Assembly (NCBI GenBank): GCA_958009085.1
Contig: OY253680.1
Coordinates: 434,001 to 498,000, forward strand
Reading direction: 5' to 3'
Length of the DNA: 64,000 bases
Source of the DNA: Protoeuglena noctilucae
Lineage: Eukaryota
Shown in pieces: positions 25,401 through 39,149 of this stretch (position 1 is the stretch's first letter; each line of letters starts with the position of its first letter). The notes under the pieces are model-generated. The model was not told the origin of the DNA. It was given only the letters and a program-made list of their open reading frames with translations, and searched no databases. Position numbers and translations under genes: made by a program.

Positions 25401-26732
25401 GCGCGGTCGTCCCCGGCCCCGCATCCTCAGCCACGGACTCGGACCGTGGGGCCGTCTCTGCCTCTGCCCACGACCGCAGGGGCTCGGCCCCCTCCTTCTC
25501 GGACCCACTCGCGTCGGAATCGTCGTCGACCGTGCCACGCTCCGGAGCCCCGGTGCTGGACGGCGGCGCCCCAGCCGCCCTGGCGTTGCCGCTGGGGGCG
25601 AAGAGCCGGCCCCACAGGGACGGGCGGCGTGGCGTTGGCGCAACGGACGAGGCGGCGGCGCCATCTTCGCCCTCCGCTGCTGCCTCGGGCGGCTCTGGGA
25701 GGCCTTCGTCGAGGAAGGTGGGCCCCGGGAGCGAGAGGCTGCGGGAGGCAGCGCGGGTGAGGGCGACCGAGGCGGGGTGGAGGGCGGCGTCGAGGCGGAA
25801 GAGCAGGCGCTGGGAGTCCGAGTAGGCGAAGGGATGGCAGAAGGCGAAGTACACCTCCTCCGCGGTGGCGAAGCGGTGCGCGAACGTGATGCGGCCACCC
25901 TCGCCCTTGGCGTTTCGTTTGTAGCGCACCGACCATCGCACGGGCTGCGGACGTGGGCGCAAGGAGATGTCAGCGACGATGTGCGCGGCAGCGAATGGCT
26001 CGCAAGGCCAGACACGCGCCCCGCACACCTCAAACGCTGCCATCGTCTTGTCGTGGCGGTACACGGGGCGGTGGTCCGCCGCAAACAGGTTCTTCTGCTT
26101 GTTGATGTCATTCTGGGGAGAGCACATAGGCATAAGTTGTAATTGGCACCAAAGACGCGGCCATCAGCGGCGCGCGCGATGCGGGGAGGGTCGCGGTTTC
26201 CGCTGAAGGACTTTAAATCCCTGGGCCACCAGCCGCCGCATAACAGCGATGCGCTGCCCTTACCACGATGAACGTGACCGTGTCTCCTCGGGCGTGGCCC
26301 TTCACGGCGAAGTAAAACCACGAGCGATGCCCACTCTGCCACGGCGTGCCCCAGTTGTCGGGCCGTGGGTAGAGCATGTATTCGTCCGCCTGCGACCCGG
26401 CCTTGGCCTCCCTTAAGTTCCCCGAATCGAAGTCAGCACGGAATGTGAGGTTCCCGACCTGAAGGGAGCGCGAGGCCGCGCCTTCAGTCGCTACGCATCC
26501 ATGCAAATGCTGCTGCAATTCTGAGAGAAGCTTGGACAGCACGAAGCGAGCAGCGCACTAGATTGCCAACAGAGATCGTAATGTGTGGACAACGCCGTCT
26601 CCCGAGCTCTGTCGGCGCGTCTCCGCGGGCCAACAGCACCTGCCATCGAGAACCTGCTTTCCACGGGTCTGCCTCCGGCCGGCTGCATGCGTCGAACGCA
26701 GCATCGAGCGCGGTCTCGGAGGGCACCGGCAT
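22473..26732 (-). CDS. AGBL5: Cytosolic carboxypeptidase 5-like (M14D tubulin deglutamylase)
   Basis: Motifs FDSGNL, SWFYF, YFAFCHPFAYSD, SARVHPGETPGS, PMLNPDGV..GHYR.D..GQNLNRCY, DLHAHANKRGVF, KEGAGRV and YTVESHY. Start codon and the last low-complexity exons are tentative. Confidence 0.88.
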
Positions 26733-26951
26733 GGCGACTAGCGATGCCCCAGAGCCATGGGGGGCCCGATCAACGCTTCAGCATGTCGGGACCCATTCAG
26801 CACGCCTTCTTCACAGCACAGGTGTGCAGGGATTCAGATACATGTGACGCCCTTTGCACGCTCTCAGGCCTGAACACAGCAACCGTTGTGCAGCACGTAG
26901 GATGCCCCACACCTGCAGCATGCAACGCAAGAGGCCCCGCCCTGGGCCACC

Positions 26952-27038
26952 ATCTCCCGCCGTCTCGCAATGCGACCCACATCCCTCGAGCCAGCACCTT
27001 ATCTCCCGCCGTCTCGCAATGCGGCACACATCCCTCGT
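26952..27038. repeat. About 37-bp direct repeat (period 49 bp) duplicating the last codons of the GT71 gene beyond its stop
   Basis: atctcccgccgtctcgcaatgcgacccacatccctcg at 26952 versus atctcccgccgtctcgcaatgcggcacacatccctcg at 27001. Confidence 0.85.
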
Positions 27039-28970
27039 GTCACCGCCCACAGCGTCGCCTCCAGGTCTCCCGCGCCCCACCTCGGCGCCCCCGTCGCGAC
27101 CCACGCGTCGGACCTGAGGTACTCCCGCAGCTCGCCCAGGCCAGTGACTTGCGTGAATCGGTGGTCGCGCTCCCCCAGCGTCCGCGGCACGCCCGCGCAG
27201 TCCCACTCCCGCAGGTTGGCGTGCAGGAAGAGCAGCAGGCCATCCTCCGGGGCCGACTGCGCCATCGCGTTCCCTCGGAAGCCCTCCCCCTCAAAGGTCG
27301 TCCCCGCCGCCCGCACAGCGTGGGGCGTCATGGCATAGTCACCACCAGCCGCCGTGACGCCCCACGCGAAGGCCTCCTTGTCCCCCATGCCGGCCGTGTT
27401 GCTCAGGAGGTGCTCCAACGTCCGGTTCGGGTACGCCATGAACAAAAGGGCCAGCCACAGGCCGACGAGGTGCTGGGAGCGGTCGATCACCATCTGCCCG
27501 GACTCGTGCGTTTGCCTGGGCGCTGGGAACCCAGCCCTCGCCAGCAGGGCCTCGTAGTCGATGGCACCCACGCTGTCCACCTCCCCGCGCGCAGGAGACG
27601 ACATCCGAGGGTTGCCAGGCTGCGGCGAGCCCGCAGGCTTCCACCCGTGTCGCTCGGCGTGCGCGCGGGCCTGGGCCAGCGCCTCCAGGAGCTGCGGGTC
27701 GAACGATAGCCCCCAGAAGTCCGGCCACGTCAGCGCTCCCGTGCGCCGGTACCCCGGATCGTCGAACATGGCCGTCGGGTCCCTCAGCGCCACGTTATCG
27801 GCGTCCAGGAGCAGCACCTCCCGGTAGGGGGCGAAGGCCACGGCCGCCACCTTGAGCGTGAAGAAGCTCCGCTGGTCGTGCACCCGACGTGACAGGAGCG
27901 CAGGGCCCCCCGCGTCGGTGCCGGAGAGGGGAGGCAGGACGTCCTCAACGACGGCCAGCGTCGCGTTCAGGCTTCGTCTCAGGAAGGCCTCCGCGTAGGG
28001 GCCAGGGCGCTCGTCCGCGTACACCCAGACGCTGGCCGGCAGCTCGCACCCCGTCTGGCGCAGCGACCACAGGGCCAGCATGGCTTGGGCCATGACGCGG
28101 CCGCCGCCGACGATGACCACGCCGCGGTCGGCAGGCGGCGGGACCCACAGGGCACGCCGTGGGATGCCGGCCACCTCCGCGAGGTACGAGCCCATCTGCG
28201 AGCCCAGTGCCGCCAGCTGTGCGGGGCGGTAGCGGTCTCCTCGTTTGACGTAATCGTCCCCGCGCTCCTCGCGGCTTCCCAGCGGCGCCGCCACCCACGC
28301 GATCCGCGCTGCGTCCATCAATCCGCCCCCGCGCAGCTCGAGCACCACCCCCGCCGGCGCCAGCGCCACCCCGGCCGCCGCGGAGCCGAGGGGCTCAGCG
28401 GACGCGTACAGCGCCCTGGACATCGCCAGGTTGACGCGGCACCAGGCTGCGGTGGCCGCTCGCCGCCAGTCCTCAACCGCATCGCCCTGCGACGGTGACC
28501 ACGAGGCACGATTGACGCTGGCGCAGTTCACGATCTCGCAGCCAGGGCGAGGAGATGAAGTGCTCACAGAGGTGCGCTGCGATGCAGCGAGTGTCACGGG
28601 GATGCCGTCCCGTCCCAGCACGGCGCTGGGCTCGTGCGTGAAGGCGACGCTGGAAAGGTGGTTGTCGGGGGTGGGATGATGGACAGGCTCAGCGCTGCGG
28701 GGGCAGCGCGTGATGTCGCATCCAGTGCGTGGCTCTGGCCTACGGGGCAGCGGGGATGCATGCAATGCCTCACCGTTGCGTAGTCTCTCGCCGTGACGCA
28801 AGGGACGCGCATATCCACAGAACGACGAGCACGGAAGACAGGATGGCGACAGCAGCGATCAGTCGGCGCCTTCGGGCGGGCCAGCGTCCCCTGAAGATGC
28901 ATGAACGGCAGGTGGGGTGCAGGTGGTGGCGACTCCGAGCTTTGACGCAACACAAGTAAAACATCTGCAT
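26999..28970 (-). CDS. GT71 / MNN2-like alpha-mannosyltransferase (Mannosyl_trans3), type II membrane protein
   Basis: Motifs RGVVIVGG, EVLLLDADN..LRDP, TGALTWPDFW, HESGQMVID and GDKEAF. An upstream exon carries a TM anchor RRRRLIAAVAILSSVLVVLWICA. Start codon unresolved. Confidence 0.82.
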
Positions 28971-29481
28971 AATTGCGCAGATATCGATCTCCAGCCCACG
29001 TCGCGTGCGTCTCTCGTGGCGGCAGTCACCCCCCGCGATGCTTCCCCCCCTCTCGCGTCATGGCTTGGCCCCAAGCACCGCGGTCTAGACAGCCTCGCTA
29101 TAAAGTGAAGACGCGTCTCCGATACTTGGTTGCAACGGCATCGGGGACGAGCCCTCTGGAGTGTGTTGTAGCCGTGGCGCGAGTCCCGATGGGCATGGGT
29201 GTGGGTTCTCTGGCCCAAGTTGGCCTCCCGCAGCCTAAGCGCGATGCCAGGGAGTGACGCTTAGCGCCATGAGGCATTCAGGTCGAGTGCCGGCGACTGG
29301 GTCAGGGTTGCAACACTGACACTGACGGCGGGCAAACAAATGTTGCGTCTGCCAGAAAGCCAGCCTACCCATCGCGTGTGGCACTTGAAGTAGGCGGAGG
29401 TCAAGCACAAGCAGGGCTGGTTGCTGCATACTGGGAGCGCTGGTGCTCTGCCTGGGCCCGCTGGAAGCGGCCGCGTCAGCG

Positions 29482-29902
29482 ATGGTCCACAAGGACAACG
29501 TCCTCCCTTTCTTCAACGTGGAGCTTCCACGTGAGGGCCCCCATCCGCAGCGATGGCCGCACACGCCTCGCGTGGGACGCATTGGCTCCCGCCGTGGTGC
29601 GCGCGTCCCTGCGCCCGGACGCGGGCACCCTGCGCGCCGTTATTTATTCCAGATGACGTGCGTGGGTGTCTCCGGTCTGCTCACACGCTGGCGGACATCC
29701 CATCGAACACTTTGCTCGTCACCCGGAACGCCTCCCCTCTGCGGCCCGCGCAGTCCCCGTGTACGACTTCTACGTTGCCATCGCGACGGTAGCCCTGTTC
29801 CTGCCCGTCGTCGTGGTCATCCACCACATCGGCCTCCTGGTCACGCTGCCGTTCCGCGCGGCACCCTCCCAGCCCAAGGAGGCGAACAAGAAGGCCGACT
29901 GA
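29482..29902 (+). CDS. Small (65 aa) single-pass membrane protein, unknown function
   Basis: Exons 29482-29530 and 29754-29902 (GT-AG intron) give MVHKDNVLPFFNVELPLPVYDFYVAIATVALFLPVVVVIHHIGLLVTLPFRAAPSQPKEANKKAD. Strong C/G third-position bias like the housekeeping genes. Confidence 0.7.
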
Positions 29903-30000
29903 GGCCGTTGCGGCCGCTGTCTCGGTCCGAACGCTGGTCTTGAGCTGTACGCGACTGAGCTTCGTCGCGCGAACGCGCCACCTACCCGATCTCGGCGGCC

Positions 30001-32150
30001 ATGCTGTCGCAGCTGTTCGTCATGTCCTTACGGGGCGACACGATCGTCCGCCGGGACTTCAACTCCGACGTGCCATCGACGTCGATCGAGACGTTCTTCC
30101 GGTGCGTGCCGTGCTGCGTCGTAGACCCTGCGCGCTGCGAGCTTGTGGCCATCCTGACCAAGACTGCTTCCTTCAAGCTGTTCCCGCAGCCGCGTGAAGG
30201 AGCATGCACAAGCGGGCCGCGACGCCCCTCCCGTGCTCTTGTACGAGGGCGTGTCGTACGTGCACGTCAAGAAGGCCAGCCTGTACTTCGTCGGCACGAC
30301 GCGTGGCAACCCTTCGCCCTCCTCGGCTCTTGAGCTCCTCTCCCGCATCGCCGGCGTCATCAAGGACTACTGCGGCGTGCTGTCTGAGGTGACCTGGCCG
30401 GCAGGGGACCGGGTCTCGAGCTCATCCCTCCACACTGCCACCGTGCGGGCCGGCAACCGTTGGCTCGCCCTTTGCGCAGGAAGCCGTCCGCGCCAACTTT
30501 GCGCTCGTCTACGAGCTTTTGGACGAAGCCATCGACTACGGCTACCCGCAGTGCACGAGCACAGGTGGGGAGCGGGGTTCATGGGACAGGCAGCGTGCCC
30601 ACGGCAACCCAAGCCAGCCGTTGTACGGCGACGCCCACCCGCGCCCACCTCGACCCACCCCCAGAGGCCCTCCGCGGCTTTGTGCTGAACGAGCCCGTTT
30701 CTGTGGCGGGCGGCCCAGGCCAGAGCCTGCTGGGCCTGCGCATCGGCCCGGCCCCCGCCGCCGTCACCAAGAGCGTGCTGTCGACCAGCCGCACCGATGG
30801 CAGCCGCGAGGAGATCTTCGTCGACGTCATCGAGAAGATTAGTTGCACCTTTGACGCCCAGGCGAGTGCCTCCAACCCGCCAGGCCCCCTGGCATTTCAT
30901 GGGAGGGTAGCGGTCCTTGCATGGACTACGCTGACGTACCTACTGCCCCGTTCATGCAGGGCAACATGGTGCAGTCGGAGATCGACGGGACCATCCAGGC
31001 CCGCTCGTACCTCCTGGGCAACCCTCAGATCCGCCTGGCACTGCCCCAGGACCTGACCATTGGGGGAGGCGCGGGGGGCACCTTTGCCTCCGCCGGGGAA
31101 TCTGCGGGCGCCGTGCACCTCGACGACTGCAACTTCCACGAGCAGGCGAGTGGGAGCGGGGGGTGCAAGGCGCAGCAGCAGGGCCACGATGCTGTGCTGT
31201 GGTGGCAGGCGACTGAGCAGGGGGACGTCGCAGTGACCGTTCTTTGCACCTCCCTCGCAGGTCTCGCTGGAGATGTTCGACGTCGACCGCACGCTGTCCA
31301 TGCGCGCCCCGGAGGGCGAGTTCGCCATCATGAACTTCCGCACCACGAGGCCCTTCCGCCCCCCCTTCCAAGTCACGGCGGTGGCCGAGGTCCCTGCGCC
31401 CGGCAAGATCGAGCTGCGCCTGCGACTCGCGCCCACCTTCCCGCGTGACATCGCCGCCACGGGCGTCCTCGTCCGCATCGCCATCCCCGAGGAGGCCGCG
31501 CGGGTCCACGTGTCGACGGTCGGGCGAGTGGCGGCTGTGGTCGCTGCGGCCGTCGCTTTGCTGTCTCTTAAGACGCAGCAGCTTGCTCTTCTCGCTGTGT
31601 CTTCGTGACCTGGGTGTCTTACATCATCCGCTCGACTGACCGCGCAGGGCTCCCACCCCGGGCACCCTGTCCAACGTCCTGGGGGGCATGCGGCTGGCGG
31701 ATGCGCTGCGGGGCGCCGTGGCGAGCATCGGAGGATCGCAGGCGGGGGCGGAGGGGCAGGCCGAGTGGCTGGAGAGGTGAGCAGATGATGGGGCGAATGG
31801 GGAGGGTGTCAGGCCTCTTTGTGGCTGCTGAGTATCTGGACACGCAAGATGCCCGTGCCCCGCCCGTGCTTCCCAGGGAGCGCTGCGTGGTCTGGCGTCT
31901 GCCCAAGGTGGCCGGGGGCTCCGACCCTCAGCTGCGCGTGGTGGTGACCCTCAAGCAGGACGCAGTGCAGCAGACGGCAGCGCTCCGCCGCCGCATCGGC
32001 CCCGTGCAGCTGCAGTTCGTCGTCCCCAGGTACAACGCCTCGGGGCTACAGGTGCGCTACCTGCAGGTCATCTCGCAGGCCAAGGGGTACAACCCCCAGC
32101 GCTGGGTGCGGTACGCCCTGCAGGCCGTCTCATACGTCCAGCGCCTGTGA
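30001..32150 (+). CDS. AP4M1: AP-4 complex subunit mu
   Basis: MLSQLFVMSLRGDTIVRRDF, IKDYCGVLSE|EAVRANFALVYELLDEAIDYGYPQ, REEIFVDVIEK, LDDCNFHE and SGLQVRYLQV...PQRWVRY. Two GC-AG introns. Confidence 0.92.
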
Positions 32151-32325
32151 GGGGTGTTTGAGGATGCGGATGCTGGCAGTTTGAAACGTCGCAGTGGACT
32201 CTCGTGGCCGAGGGCGTGGCACGCTGGAAGGGGCATGCATGTGCCGGTCGCGTGCGGGTCGCTTTGATTGAACGCAGAGCTTGAGTTGCACTAGCTCTCC
32301 CCCATTTCTATACAAATTCGGCGAA

Positions 32326-36359
<4,034 letters not shown>

Positions 36360-36869
36360 GGTTAGCCCACCCCCAAGCCGCGCAGTGCGCAAAGACAATG
36401 CACCACCAGCCGGCCAGGCAAGCAAGTTTCTGAATTACTCCCACACCACGACGCTCAAGAAAAGGAACGAGTTTATCTTTTTGCGAGAGACGGTGGAGCA
36501 GAGGAAGGCCCGGTCCCCAACGCACATGTAAGCTGCCAATCTGCACGTCAACTGGCGGTAATCCCCGGCCTCGTTCTCCGGTCAGGGCCGCGGTGCCAGG
36601 CACGGCCGTGCCAGGCTGGCTTGTTGAGCTCCTCAAGTTCTGCTGATTGCCGCCTTGCCCGGTCATTTCTTCCAGCACACGCACCGACTTGCTCCCGCTC
36701 CTTGCCGTCCGCTCCAACCAGCCACTGGGTTGCCGCTGGGCTGAGTGGGCACCGCCGAGTGGGCACCGCGTCACTCCGGGCACAGCAGGTGCGTGGTGGC
36801 GGTCTCCTGGATACCACATCCCTCCGCACGCGTCCATTGTGTCCCTGTCTTGCCTGAGCTGCGCCTTCC

Positions 36870-36963
36870 CGCCGAGGATGACGAATTCAGGTCCGAAATC
36901 CAACACTGAGAGCTCTGCTCCGTGCGGATCAACCTATCATACGAGCTTTTTAACACTGAGGCG
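36870..36963 (+). ncRNA. Box C/D snoRNA, U36A/snR47-like, with two 18S rRNA guides
   Basis: Box C ATGACGA at 36878-36884. Guide CCGAAATCCAAC (36893-36904) precedes D' CTGA (36906-36909), and guide TACGAGCTTTTTAAC (36940-36954) precedes D CTGA (36956-36959). Terminal stem CGCC/GGCG. The guides complement conserved 18S GUUAAAAAGCUCGUA and GUUGGAUUUCGG. Confidence 0.9.
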
Positions 36964-37157
36964 TTGCGCCCGCGTCGGCGGAAGCGCATTTCGCGCAATG
37001 GCGGCCGCCAGCCGCCTTTGGCTTCCCCAGGGCCCCGTGGGGCCGTCCCGGGCCTATGCTGGCTTTTCCGGGGTTCTGTTGGTCCCCAGCGTTGCGATGC
37101 TTTTGAGGGTGGGGCCCGCGGATGGCCCTCCGCGGTTCCGAGCCCTGGGACGTGTTT

Positions 37158-37262
37158 GCACCGGCGGATGACGAATATTCCTCTCCAAAACGAAAAGGGT
37201 AATTTGCGTCAGCGTCCAATCGCTGAGAAACCTGCTTCTCAGGCTCCTTCTGACGCCGGTGC
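37158..37262 (+). ncRNA. Box C/D snoRNA, U16/snR87-like
   Basis: Perfect 9-bp terminal stem GCACCGGCG/CGCCGGTGC and box C ATGACGA at 37168-37174. Guide GGGTAATTTGCG (37197-37208) complements 18S CGCAAAUUACCC. Second element TTCTCAGGCTCC (37236-37247) complements 18S GGAGCCUGAGAA. Box D CTGA at 37250-37253. Confidence 0.9.
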
Positions 37263-37691
37263 TCCGTCCCCGCCTTTCTACGCCGCCCTCCCATTTGTGC
37301 CGCCTTCCCTCCTACCTCGCCCTGCCCCCCAGCGCCTGCCCGCCGTGGCCGAACCCGACAGGCTGTCCCCTTTCGCAGGCTCATCGCACTAGGTCTCCCT
37401 GACATGCCTACGTGGAGAGTTCGACGCAACGCTCGCGCGACCGTAGCTTCAGCCCTGTGCGTGCAGCGGCGCCGTTGTCCCGAGGAGCTCTTGAATTCTG
37501 ACGCCGTCCCCGCCGCGAAGACCGGGCCGTGCGCGTAGGCTCCGGCGCGAGCCACGCGCGGGGCCACGGGGATGCCTGGCCCATCCAAGCCCGGGCTGCT
37601 CAGCCGAGGTCACACCATCCGCATGCACCCCGCTGCATCTAGCCGAAGTCCCGTCGCATCCGCGGAGCTGCGAGGCCCTCGGGCAGGTTCC

Positions 37692-39003
37692 ATGTCCGTG
37701 GCTCCATCTGTCGGCCCCCCGGACCGGCCCCGGCGCACGGTGCTGTCCCGCGGCTTTGTGGACGAGGAGACCACGGGTGCGGGCGAGTTTCACTGCCGTG
37801 ACTTCACCATCGCCGACATCGAGGAGGCCGCACTCGAGCGCCTGGCCGAGCAAGCCGAGGAGCGCCGGCAGCACACCGAGCGTACACAGCTGGAGCCGCA
37901 CGCGTCAACATCCGCATGTGAGACCAGCACGGGCGAGCCCTGGGAGGGGTTCTACCGTCAGCACAGTCAGGTGACCGTCACCCCTGCCACACAGCCACCC
38001 AGCGGTGGGCATGGTGCCAGACACCGACACCGACCTCTGGTGCCAGACTGCGGCGCAGGGGCGCTTCTTCAAGGCCAGACGCTATCTGACCCTGGAGTTC
38101 CCCGTCCTTGGAGAGATTCTTGCGTGGGGTGGGACGGTCGCCGAGGTCGGCTGTGGGAACGGGTCGACCCTTTTGCCTCTCCTGGCGCCCTTTGGGAGGG
38201 AGAGTGGCACAGAAGCGCAGCCGCGAGGCATCGCGCTCGACATCAGCCCCACGGCCGTCCGCCTGACGACGGACGCCGCCCTGCGCCAGAGCGTGCCCCC
38301 TGACGCGGTGGTCGGGGTCGTGTGTGACGCGAGTGCCCGAGGCAGTGCCGGGACGCAAGAGCTGCTGGACCGCCACGGCGGCACGTGCGGTGAGGACTGA
38401 GCGACCGCACAACGCGTTCAGCCTCACTCCTACCGAGGTATGACACCCGCACCGTGGTCCTGGTCCCTGCAGACGCCGTCCTCCTCATCTTTGTGGCATC
38501 TGCACTCGCGACTGACGCAGCAAGGATGGACCTCTTCAGGCAACGCTCGGCGAAGGCAAAGGCATGGTGGGACCCCATGGGGCGTCGCTGCCCTTGAAAA
38601 CACACTGCCCCTCCCTCCGCAGGACTGCGCGGGATCTGCTCAGGCCCGGCGGGGTCGTGCTCTTTCGTGACTACGGTTTGTACGACATGAGCATGCTGCG
38701 CTTCCCAGGGGCTCAGATGCTGGGCGAGCGGCTCTACCGACGTGGGGACGGCACCCTCGCGTACTTCTACACCATCGAAGGTGGGACCGTGCTGTGCTGG
38801 GTGGCGATGCTAGCCATGTTGGGCTGATAACACGATCTCACATGTTGCTCTGCCATCGCGCAGAGGCTCGGTTGGACATGCAGCGGAGCGGGCTCACAGT
38901 GGAGGAGTGCGAGTACCACTGCGTGCTCAGCAGGAACCGCAAGAAGGGCACCACCCTCCACCGGGTTTTTGTCCATGCCGTGGCACGCAGGCCAGATGGA
39001 TAG
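37692..39003 (+). CDS. METTL6: tRNA N3-methylcytidine methyltransferase (METTL2/6-like)
   Basis: WEGFYRQH..|[62 protein letters not shown] and [13 protein letters not shown]. An alternative in-frame ATG lies at 37572. Confidence 0.88.
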
Positions 39004-39149
39004 CTGCTACCCTGGTGTGCAGTACAGATGCTTCGCCATCATTGATTTATGGCCATGGCAAGACCTGAACATGACTCTACAAGCAGATTGAATGCTGAAC
39101 CCCGAGCACTGCGCCTGTAGCCCCACTCGCTGCAGCCAAGCATCTCGCA

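Noticed and set aside
38539..38622. Additional GC donor in METTL6 (TTCAG|GCAACG)
   Set aside because: A phase-compatible GT donor exists about 27 nt downstream, so it is ambiguous and was not counted.
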